Shown piece after piece: positions 29,171 to 37,611 of a stretch of DNA of 64,000 nt. Below the pieces are notes generated by a model that was given only the letters and a program-made list of their open reading frames with translations, had not been told where the DNA came from and searched no databases. Numbering within the stretch: position 1 is the stretch's first letter; every line of letters starts with the position of its first letter. The stretch comes from a virus (lineage: Duplodnaviria; Caudoviricetes), in IMG/VR virus record IMGVR_UViG_3300037455_000173, positions 64,001 through 128,000 of that record, one strand, 5' to 3'. Made by a program: the position numbers and the translations under genes.

Positions 29171-29784
29171 TTCTAGACCCTCATTTCTTGAAGTAGGAGG
29201 AGGGAAGTATGTATGTGCGGTAACATACTCCCCTCTGACAAAAGACCAGGCAAAGCCAGGTTGAAGATTTCAAGTAGAAGGGCTTTACCTTTCTTTCACA
29301 AGCATCGTTTCCAAGTTCGAGACTATTGCCCCGGTCAGGTTTGATGTGCCCTTATCTTGTGTATAAGTAAATCTCGCTCAGGCTGCGATTTGCAGTTTTA
29401 TCGTAACTGCCAAATCTTCTCAAAGTGCTACCTTCGGTTCTTGACGCCGGATTTACACCGGAACGTGTAGCAACGTTCGTGAGGCTGAACAACGAGTATC
29501 TTCTCAGCTTTATAACACTCTTGCTATTATCCCAATGTCCGCATTTCATACAGGACCTTTCTTCTTTCGTCTGCCGGGATAGCGTTCAGTTTAAGGTGTG
29601 CAGACTATCGTGCTACACTATTGATTAATCTTACACCAGCCATAGGTAATAATCAAACGCCGGCCGAAACCCGGTGGTTCCTGTGTAATCAGAAACCAGG
29701 TTGGTACCTGTAATGACCGTCAGCATACCTGCATACATGCGACCGTATCGTTCACGAAGCTGCGTTTCTTCCTTCATTACAGAT

Positions 29785-29819
29785 TGGTGCTAGAATCAAG
29801 TCATTACCTCGATTCTAAC
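29785..29819 (-). ncRNA. tRNA minihelix-like RNA (MH3)
   Basis: GTTAGAATCGAG GTAATGA CTTGATTCTAGC ACCA: fully paired 12 bp. Confidence 0.7.
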
Positions 29820-30003
29820 CTAGGTGAGTGCGCCTTGCGTCACAGACCACTCACATGATTCCAAAGTATTAACGTGCGAAGGAATACCTAGCACGGCTTT
29901 TTAGTGCCCACCACTCAACGCCTGTGGTTCCCGAGTGTCGCTCTCGTCGAAGTAAATTTACAGAGCAGCTTACTCTGTTAATGTAGGTGTACTCTTCACC
30001 TAT

Positions 30004-30039
30004 TGGTGCCATCTTATAGTAATTTACCTACTTGACAGC
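30004..30039 (-). ncRNA. tRNA minihelix-like RNA (MH4)
   Basis: GCTGTCAAGTAG GTAAATTA CTATAAGATGGC ACCA: 12-bp stem (2 mismatches), 8-nt loop. Confidence 0.55.
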
Positions 30040-30118
30040 ATACTGCCAACAACATTGACGCGACTCGATGCTGCTGGCAAGCACTTTATGAATGCGGGGT
30101 TGGAAAACATAAGACCCC

Positions 30119-30153
30119 TGGTGGTCATATCAAGTCATTACCTCAATCTGACC
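30119..30153 (-). ncRNA. tRNA minihelix-like RNA (MH5)
   Basis: GGTCAGATTGAG GTAATGA CTTGATATGACC ACCA. Confidence 0.7.
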
Positions 30154-30254
30154 GTTTCGGCTAATGGTGTGAGCATTAGCCGGAATCTTAAGGAAAGTGG
30201 CTTCTACACGCTAAGCATAGAAGTGTCAGTAAGTATGGGTTTAACCTTACTGAT

Positions 30255-30339
30255 TGGTGCGGATGACAGGACTTGAACCTGCACACCTCTCGGCATCAGA
30301 ACCTAAATCTGACGTGTCTGCCAATTTCACCACATCCGC
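30255..30339 (-). tRNA. tRNA-Leu(TAG)
   Basis: 85-nt class II cloverleaf; TCAGA-TTTAGGT-TCTGA; GTTCAAGTC; CCA. Confidence 0.93.
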
Positions 30340-30467
30340 AAAAAGTAAGGGAATTGCTTCCCTTTAAGGTGAACAAAAGATAGGCGAAGAAAAAGTATTA
30401 AGGATAATTTGTAGTAGTGGTTAACTACATTCTTATTATACAGTTTTGTATCGTGTAAACTCGAAGT

Positions 30468-30671
30468 TTACTGTTGACCTTTTCTGTAACATGAATAGCT
30501 GCAGCATTTCTTCTGCAGCCTCTTTTTCTCTTTCCGGTCATATATGGAAACCATATAGACCCATTTAGATGTAGACACATATAAAGGTATTGAAAACTTC
30601 TTCTTACATATAGGACAGATATACTGACGTGCTTTTAGCATCGCATCTAGCTCATCGTCCTGCTGGTTCAT
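30468..30671 (-). CDS. small zinc-finger protein
   Basis: CPICKKKF...CCSYSC. Confidence 0.7.
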   Translation of the reverse strand: MNQQDDELDAMLKARQYICPICKKKFSIPLYVSTSKWVYMVSIYDRKEKKRLQKKCCSYSCYRKGQQ

Positions 30672-30687
30672 ATAATCACCTCATTTA

Positions 30688-31380
30688 TTAATAGAAATAG
30701 TTCCAATGTCCATCTCCCCAAAATCCAGTCCAGCCGCCGAATTCCTCAGGATGGGCAAAATAATAGTCTACAGCGTCACGAACACTCTGTGTCACTGTAG
30801 ACCACTCATAACTGCAAGCCCAATATCCACTAAACTGATAAGGTTGTGTAAGCACACCCTCAATCGTACTCGGGAATTTAGGATTGTTCACTCGGTTAAT
30901 TACAACTGCGACGACCTTAGCCTTTTCTTGAACACTTACCCAATCTGAACCGTACTCGTGTGCTACTACATTTCGCAGTAAAGTTCGTTCATAATCGGTA
31001 ATAGGTAATCCCGTGTCGACGACCTGAGGTTCGACATATTCTGGAGCGGGTTCAGGTTGCGGTTCTTCTGGAATATATTCTTCTTGGTTTGTTTCTTCTG
31101 CGTGTGTTTCTTCTATCACAGGTTCTGTAATAGGTTCAGTGACTACCGTGGTTATAGTTGTAGACGTGGTAGTCGAGGTTGTGGTTGTGGTTGTGCTAGT
31201 CGTGGTGGTTGACGTTGTGCTAGTCGACGTTGTAGTAGTCGACGTTGCTGTTTCGACATTCTCAGCTCTTACAGCTGGTGTCTTAGCAGCATCGTGCTCA
31301 TTTAGACTGCCTGCTAGACTACAATAAACAGACATCAGAGCGGCTGCCATAATTAGTATCGGGTATTTGATTTTCTTCAT
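30688..31380 (-). CDS. secreted SleB-like cell wall hydrolase (Hydrolase_2) with Thr-rich linker
   Basis: Signal peptide, poly-Thr, LLRNVVAHE, VVAVVINRV..PKFPSTIEGVLTQPYQFS, GHWNYFY. Confidence 0.85.
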   Translation of the reverse strand: MKKIKYPILIMAAALMSVYCSLAGSLNEHDAAKTPAVRAENVETATSTTTTSTSTTSTTTTSTTTTTTSTTTSTTITTVVTEPITEPVIEETHAEETNQEEYIPEEPQPEPAPEYVEPQVVDTGLPITDYERTLLRNVVAHEYGSDWVSVQEKAKVVAVVINRVNNPKFPSTIEGVLTQPYQFSGYWACSYEWSTVTQSVRDAVDYYFAHPEEFGGWTGFWGDGHWNYFY

Positions 31381-31654
31381 GACAAATCTCTCCTTTGTTT
31401 TATGTTTGTGTGTCTACAACGCAATATTATACACGTTTATCAACCTCGATACCGAAGTTACTAAAATAACACGCATGCTACAGCATACCACGTGATTATA
31501 TTTTACATATAAAGTATAGTGGTTTATAATGTCTACGTGGTATACCTCAGCAAAACATAAGAATAAAGTGAGATATACACAATATATAAATAGTATAAAT
31601 ACATACAACCATAGAAAAGCCCTTGACCTATTTGCCAAGGGCTTTTCTTGTCAG

Positions 31655-32032
31655 TTATCGTTGCTTCTCAAGCTGAATGAATGATTCTATTTTAGCTTCA
31701 ATCCATTTCGAAATGTTGTCTTTGTCTTCTGCCAATATCGCAGCCGTTCGCTCTGTTATATTATTGAATACATATTCTCTACATATTTCCAGAGCAACAC
31801 CTTGTGTTTCAGCATCCCATGTTCCATTCTCCTTAGCCAGCCTTACGAACGTCTGTTCTACATATCGAACGCCGTCTGCAAGCACTGTCTGGAATTCTTG
31901 AAGTGCCGTCTTTATCTTTTCAGAATGACATTTAGCACTTATTAGAGAAATACCAGATTTGATTAGACAAACCAATGCAGTTGCCAATGCGGTAGCAATA
32001 ATGTCTACCAGAACTTCAGTTACCTTGTCCAT
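31655..32032 (-). CDS. putative holin (LL-H-like)
   Basis: Single N-terminal TM; V.YVEQTFV and WIEAKIES motifs. Confidence 0.65.
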   Translation of the reverse strand: MDKVTEVLVDIIATALATALVCLIKSGISLISAKCHSEKIKTALQEFQTVLADGVRYVEQTFVRLAKENGTWDAETQGVALEICREYVFNNITERTAAILAEDKDNISKWIEAKIESFIQLEKQR

Positions 32033-32047
32033 AAAAACCGTCCTTTC

Positions 32048-32476
32048 TTATTTAACATCTTTTGCTATAAAATCAAGCCAGACTATGGTTATTAGTTCCG
32101 GCCTCTTTTCTTTTATCTGCTCATACAGTTCTACATAGGCAGCATGGGTACCACCATTACCACCCATCTCAAAGTAGTCTACCATATCATCATGTAAATC
32201 AGAGAGCTCTAAGCGTAGATGTGACTCTGATACATTCGGGTCATTAAGGATATTTCTTATATAGGTTATAGTTCGATTAAGGTTAGTTCTGAATAGCTTC
32301 TTTATCATATAGGTGTTTAAATCACGCTGAGCTTTTTCTTGTCTAGCTTCTTCCGAATGGGCACGTTCTTCAGCTTTCTTTTCATCAACCTTTGACCAAT
32401 ATCTCTGGAGTAGCATACTGATTATACCACTACCAAGTACTGCACATACGATTGTAATTACATTCTCTGTCTTCAT
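32048..32476 (-). CDS. membrane protein, holin-associated type
   Basis: N-terminal TM (IVCAVLGSG), YFEMGGNG motif. Confidence 0.6.
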   Translation of the reverse strand: MKTENVITIVCAVLGSGIISMLLQRYWSKVDEKKAEERAHSEEARQEKAQRDLNTYMIKKLFRTNLNRTITYIRNILNDPNVSESHLRLELSDLHDDMVDYFEMGGNGGTHAAYVELYEQIKEKRPELITIVWLDFIAKDVK

Positions 32477-32492
32477 CGGTAAATACCTCCCC

Positions 32493-32876
32493 TTAAAATG
32501 ATTTATCGACATAGATTTCTCTAACTGTCTTTTCTCCAAATTCTTTTCCGTCATAATGTTCACGGACAGTTGTAGTGTCTGGTGTAAATTCTAGATTACC
32601 TCCGCCGTCAATTCTATCTAGATAACCTTCTTTGGTCATCCAAGCATAATCTATGTATAGTAGAACAAGCCAATGCTTCATTCTAGCACAAAGCTGCTGG
32701 TACCACGATACTTCTTCTTCTGAATAACATTCTATCTTAAATTGGTCATGTAGGTGCCCTTGTATACGCTGACGTCTTTGGTATAAGGGAAATGCTACGC
32801 TACGACGAATACCTATGTGAACATAGGCATATATAGGCTTATTGCCATAGACAATATCAGTGTTCATATTCAACAC
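32493..32876 (-). CDS. hypothetical protein
   Basis: ORF in the late operon. Confidence 0.6.
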   Translation of the reverse strand: MLNMNTDIVYGNKPIYAYVHIGIRRSVAFPLYQRRQRIQGHLHDQFKIECYSEEEVSWYQQLCARMKHWLVLLYIDYAWMTKEGYLDRIDGGGNLEFTPDTTTVREHYDGKEFGEKTVREIYVDKSF

Positions 32877-32877
32877 C

Positions 32878-33507
32878 TCACCTTACATCACCATTAGCAT
32901 ATATGCTTCCGAATGTATGCACAGGAGCTTCTCCTGTCATTTCTAGAGTATTCGGTACACCTACAAAAGATTCCTGAAGTGCTGAGAATGACAGATAAGG
33001 TGCATACTCGCTATGTGTACCGGGATTACCCAGCATGCTAAGACTAGCATTTGTACTATAGATATAAACCAGATAATAAAAATTAGCCGGAGTTAGTATT
33101 TTAGTATCAGTTAGCTGTAATGCTTCTTCATACCAACCACCTTGTTCTACATTAAGGCTGTCACCGTAAGCTACTAGAGTACACTCAGGTATGTTAGTCT
33201 GTTCATTAATACCTGAATATTTATAGATAGCTGGCACAAGAGTTGCGTCTGTACCGGGCAATGATGTAGGTATCATAAACCTAATCTTTGTGCGGTCAGT
33301 TAAGTATACAGTTTCGTTTAGAGTTAATAGAGTACCATAAGCTACCCAATGCTCTGCGTCACCAGGTAGTGTAATAGGTCTGCCATGAACGACAGGAAAT
33401 GTCTGTATCTGAAATCCTTTAGAATAACGTATCTGCCTTATTAATTCGGTTACAAGCTGCTCTGAGCTGCTTTCACCTAGATAATTGCCACTGGTATATG
33501 CTCCCAT
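32878..33507 (-). CDS. putative virion/tail-associated protein
   Basis: ORF in the tail operon, beta-rich. Confidence 0.6.
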   Translation of the reverse strand: MGAYTSGNYLGESSSEQLVTELIRQIRYSKGFQIQTFPVVHGRPITLPGDAEHWVAYGTLLTLNETVYLTDRTKIRFMIPTSLPGTDATLVPAIYKYSGINEQTNIPECTLVAYGDSLNVEQGGWYEEALQLTDTKILTPANFYYLVYIYSTNASLSMLGNPGTHSEYAPYLSFSALQESFVGVPNTLEMTGEAPVHTFGSIYANGDVR

Positions 33508-33524
33508 AATATCACCTCACTCTA

Positions 33525-34781
33525 TTATACTGAGTATGTCTGAATTTCGCAACCTGGTGGGAACGATGTAGGATAATAGGTGCATCCCGCTGGTATTCTT
33601 ACTAGAGTCAATCCAGAATTGTAGAATGCCTCCCTGCCTATGCTGGTAACCGTACTAGGTATTTTAACGTATGTAAGATTTCGACAATTAATGAATGCAC
33701 CTATAGGAATGGAATCGGGTATAAGTGCCTCTTCTAACCTATCGTCTGATTCCTCATACCACCAGAAAGAAGCGGGGTACGGTTTAACTAATTCTGCAGT
33801 ATCAATCGGTATTGGTAGTAGTCCATTCTTAAGTCTATCCTCAGGAGTTAGATACCAGAAAGAAGCAGGGTACGGTGGCATAAATATGTTATTGTCATTT
33901 CTACCCGCATCTTCATCTACAATCGGTTCGATTATCCAATGGTAATATTGGTCATTCAGTGTCAGAACATCATTAGCTTGTAACTCCCAAGAAGCAGACG
34001 GGAATGGAGCTACCATTCTGCCGTCATCACCGTCTTCTATTTCTTCAGGAATATCAGCATTAGTAAGTCGACCGTCATCAGTCATCCACCAGGTTGCAGG
34101 AGCCGGAGGTGGTTGGGGAGCTTCTGGTGCTACCATTTCAGGAAAAGTTGACCTAGTAGCCAATGTATCCTCAGTATTTAAGGTAACCCAATCATTTTCA
34201 AGTGTAGATACAAATCCCTCAAGTCTAGAATCAGATAGCCAAGCTTCATAGTCCGTATCGTCATCTGCAAATAGATAGGTTAATGTTATCACATAGTCGA
34301 TTATACCATCACCTATATTAGAAGCTGAAGTATTTACCAGATTAACGAACCATTCTGAAAGATAATAAGTCACTCCTGACTCACTATCTGTCCAGGCATA
34401 ACCCTTATGACCTTCTGGGGCATCTACAATCGAAACCCATACAGGTCCATTATTAATAGTTTGCGGTGTAGGTTTAAATGGCATATTAGATACACTGGAG
34501 TGGGTAGCAAAACTATTATGAACATAACCGGTTTCTGTAGTAACCCACTGTCGAGCATTAGCATCAGCATTAATCTGTAAAAAACAGAAATATATTCTTT
34601 CCTGAGTTGGTACCATAGGGTATATATAAAAATGAGCTGTGCGATATCCTGTATCTGAATTAGGCCAACAGAAGTTAATGCTAGGCATATATGGTGTGGT
34701 CATGGTAAAGTCACGGGTACCGGCTGTAAAGGTACACCGAACTGGAAATTTAAGTTTTAGTATTCTACTCATACTACTCAA
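33525..34781 (-). CDS. PPYPASFW-repeat protein with C-terminal BspA-type LRR (family B, copy 2)
   Basis: AFINCRNLTYVKIPSTVTSIGREAF; P.PASxW repeats. Confidence 0.75.
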   Translation of the reverse strand: MSSMSRILKLKFPVRCTFTAGTRDFTMTTPYMPSINFCWPNSDTGYRTAHFYIYPMVPTQERIYFCFLQINADANARQWVTTETGYVHNSFATHSSVSNMPFKPTPQTINNGPVWVSIVDAPEGHKGYAWTDSESGVTYYLSEWFVNLVNTSASNIGDGIIDYVITLTYLFADDDTDYEAWLSDSRLEGFVSTLENDWVTLNTEDTLATRSTFPEMVAPEAPQPPPAPATWWMTDDGRLTNADIPEEIEDGDDGRMVAPFPSASWELQANDVLTLNDQYYHWIIEPIVDEDAGRNDNNIFMPPYPASFWYLTPEDRLKNGLLPIPIDTAELVKPYPASFWWYEESDDRLEEALIPDSIPIGAFINCRNLTYVKIPSTVTSIGREAFYNSGLTLVRIPAGCTYYPTSFPPGCEIQTYSV

Positions 34782-35725
34782 CTCCCTTGTATCTGATATA
34801 CTTCAAAACGCTTCTGATATAATAGATATTGACTTCGTAAATCATTTGAAGTGCAAGCAGCACAACCGTTACCCAGACTATAGATAGGATTAAGATTACT
34901 ATCATGAGGTACTATGCCTATATCGACATTAATAGCAGAGACATAATCAGCATCACCTGTAGCTAGATTATGAGCCGGTGTAGGTGAACCCGAACCAGAA
35001 TAACTAGGTATTATATATTCGACTACAGAGCTTCGCATAGTCACATCAGAAATTATAGGATAGTACGTAGCACTTGCATTATTAAATGTTGTAATTTCCC
35101 CGGTAATTCTACTCGTAGCTATATAGCAACTTCCAGATGCTGGTGCTGAAATTAGTGTACCACCAGCAGCATCGAATGTATCTATCATAATCTTAATGTC
35201 ACAATCTTCTATCTGATTAATATCAGTAGCACTGGTGGTTGCTTTTAAAATAATAGCTTTGAACACAGCTTGACCTGACTTCGGAGTAGCACTGTCATAA
35301 TGTAACCAGATAGCGTCTTTTATTAGTCTAGTACAATTAAATACAGTAGCAGTAGGTACAGTAATCGAGCAATTCATGCTTACGTTCTCAAGTACCCCAC
35401 TGCTGATAATATAGTCTTTATCGAAACTAGAATCAGTATAGACATTTATAATTCTACCATTATGTATCCTATCTGAATTATGCAAGGTAAACATTATATC
35501 CTTAAGATACATATTCTTAATCGTATGCCCATTTAAATCTACATCAACCGAATCATGACCTGCAGTAGTAATCACCGGCCAGGTACTATTCCAATTTACA
35601 TTGATATTAGCAGTTAATCGAATATATATGGGTAAGCCCGTACTACGGTCAATTTCCATAGCTTGTTTCAATTCAGCTTTATTACTAACCAGATATGGGT
35701 CAGCAGCTGTTCCGATTCCTGTCAT
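34778..35725 (-). CDS. putative adhesin/receptor-binding beta-solenoid protein (family A, copy 4)
   Basis: GTAADPYLVSN..EL, IRLTANI, DLNGHTIKN. Confidence 0.6.
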   Translation of the reverse strand: MTGIGTAADPYLVSNKAELKQAMEIDRSTGLPIYIRLTANINVNWNSTWPVITTAGHDSVDVDLNGHTIKNMYLKDIMFTLHNSDRIHNGRIINVYTDSSFDKDYIISSGVLENVSMNCSITVPTATVFNCTRLIKDAIWLHYDSATPKSGQAVFKAIILKATTSATDINQIEDCDIKIMIDTFDAAGGTLISAPASGSCYIATSRITGEITTFNNASATYYPIISDVTMRSSVVEYIIPSYSGSGSPTPAHNLATGDADYVSAINVDIGIVPHDSNLNPIYSLGNGCAACTSNDLRSQYLLYQKRFEVYQIQGS

Positions 35726-35746
35726 CTTAGATACCCCCTATCTTAA

Positions 35747-36715
35747 TTAGACTACAACATCGAAACCGTGGTCATATAGCCATTGAGTATCTTTCATTTG
35801 AGCTGGTGTTGCGGGTATACCATATTGAGTATTTAGATTATTAGTTGTATAAACAACAGAAGGATCGTCACGGTTTGTAACATAGTTCTTCCATACACCT
35901 TTGGGCATACCAATATCAGGAGTAGCAGCACCAGTTATAAGTTTCAAGTCCGCATCGACAACATTCTGAATTGATGAGTTATAGGTATAATACCTAAGCC
36001 GTATTCCATCGTCACCTACAATGGTACCATCGATGTAGCAACCATTTAAATGGAATGTTCTTAGTTCATTAGCATAGCTAGTAGACACAGACCAGCCCTT
36101 GTATGTGCATCTAATCCAACAAAAATTAGCATTGCATTTCGAATAATTAGTATTACCGAACATTCCTGACACGATACTGAGTGTATCTTTATCGTCGTCA
36201 GTCTGTGTTGATGTTAAACTTGCTATAGGTACATTGAAGAAGCAAGATGTGAACGTCAGATATCCGGTATTGGAATTTCCACCCTTAAATAGATTACTGG
36301 TTCTTCTACCGACAAAGCGACAATCAGAAAAAGCTACATTACGGCTTGAAAAATAACTGAATTGAAATAACCGGGATTCCGTTACTAGATTGATAAAATC
36401 AATGTTCTTAACACTTAATGAACCACCATGACTAGAACCTGGATTATACATAAATATAGCTACAGGATTTGTAACATGAGTTCTTAGATTGCGGATTACA
36501 TGATTTTTAGTTACACCGTTTTCCTGATATGCGCCGCTTAACACTCTAGTTCCTGAAGGTATATCGATAGTTGATACCACTCCTAACGGTATCTCAAAAT
36601 TACAATCAATATCGGAAACTAATCTGATGTTGAAAACATCACCACCTGCATCTACTCTGGTTAAAGCGTCTACTAATTCACTCCAGGTACTAACTTCTAG
36701 ATTATATGTAGCCAT
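35747..36715 (-). CDS. putative adhesin/RBP (family A, copy 3)
   Basis: VSTWSEL, DIDCN.EIP.G, IRNLRT, PATPAQMKD.QWL...GFD. Confidence 0.65.
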   Translation of the reverse strand: MATYNLEVSTWSELVDALTRVDAGGDVFNIRLVSDIDCNFEIPLGVVSTIDIPSGTRVLSGAYQENGVTKNHVIRNLRTHVTNPVAIFMYNPGSSHGGSLSVKNIDFINLVTESRLFQFSYFSSRNVAFSDCRFVGRRTSNLFKGGNSNTGYLTFTSCFFNVPIASLTSTQTDDDKDTLSIVSGMFGNTNYSKCNANFCWIRCTYKGWSVSTSYANELRTFHLNGCYIDGTIVGDDGIRLRYYTYNSSIQNVVDADLKLITGAATPDIGMPKGVWKNYVTNRDDPSVVYTTNNLNTQYGIPATPAQMKDTQWLYDHGFDVVV

Positions 36716-36729
36716 AATTCAATCTCCTT

Positions 36730-37599
36730 TCAATTAACAGAATAAGTCTGAACCTCACAGCCAGGAGGAAATGAGGTTACACCATATCTACAGCCTTCTG
36801 GTATGCGGACTAATGTAAGTCGAGTATTCCAGAAGGCTCGTTCAGCTATTTGCTTTACAGTTGACGGTATTTTAACATAGGTAAGACTGGTACAATCCAA
36901 GAACGAACCACAATACAACTCATTAGGTATTATAGCTTTTTCAAGACGATTATCTGCTTCCTCATACCACCAGAAACTTGCGGGATAAGGTTTGGTAAGT
37001 AATGGTTCATTTATAGGTGTAGGTAATAATCCATTTAATATCAAATCTGCAGGCGTCAATCTCCAGAAACTTGCGGGATATGGTGGCATCATCAGATTAT
37101 TATCATTGATGTTATTATCTAAATCAACAACCGGACCTATCATCGGCGTGAACGGATGTGCACCTTCGGTTTTATTCATTGTAAGCTGCGTTCCGTCATA
37201 ATACCAATAAGATGCAGGATAACCATAATATGGAGGGCCACTATCATTACCGTCGATTAGATTACCGATTATCGGCTCAGGTAATCTTACATGAGTAATT
37301 ATATCGGTAGTTGGGTCTAAACACCAGTCTTGGATATCCGGTGGGAGTGGTGGTGTAAGATATCCAATCGGTTCTGGAAAGAACGAAAGAACCAACTCAT
37401 TATTAGAATCTAGATACCAGATAGAAGTAGGATAGGGTGGTGTCATAGCAGCTATCGGTTCTGGAAAGAAAGACAGCACTAACTCATCATTGGAATCTAG
37501 CTGCCACATTGATGCAGGATAAGGAGGAGTAAGATAATCTATCGGTTCTGGGAAGTCATCCTGCATCAGTTCATTGTTATTGTCTAAATACCAAGACAT
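36730..37599 (-). CDS. PPYPAS-repeat protein with C-terminal BspA-type LRR (family B, copy 1)
   Basis: WxLDSNxELVLSFFPEPI..xTPP repeats; FLDCTSLTYVKIPSTV. Confidence 0.75.
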   Translation of the reverse strand: MSWYLDNNNELMQDDFPEPIDYLTPPYPASMWQLDSNDELVLSFFPEPIAAMTPPYPTSIWYLDSNNELVLSFFPEPIGYLTPPLPPDIQDWCLDPTTDIITHVRLPEPIIGNLIDGNDSGPPYYGYPASYWYYDGTQLTMNKTEGAHPFTPMIGPVVDLDNNINDNNLMMPPYPASFWRLTPADLILNGLLPTPINEPLLTKPYPASFWWYEEADNRLEKAIIPNELYCGSFLDCTSLTYVKIPSTVKQIAERAFWNTRLTLVRIPEGCRYGVTSFPPGCEVQTYSVN

Positions 37600-37611
37600 A
37601 TACTCACCGCC

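Larger units (their letters stand above)
29195..30254 (-). ncRNA. ~1-kb structured non-coding RNA region, probably co-transcribed with tRNA-Leu
   Basis: No credible ORF; dense hairpins whose G-U pairs favour the minus strand; promoter at 30432-30468 upstream. Confidence 0.65.

Noticed and set aside
29352-30276. ORFs 29352-29549, 29425-29628 and 30055-30276
   Set aside because: No RBS; they run through hairpins, minihelices and the tRNA.
30255-30339. Amber-suppressor tRNA or stop-codon recoding
   Set aside because: Anticodon TAG reads the Leu codon CUA, not UAG, and long genes are intact under code 11.
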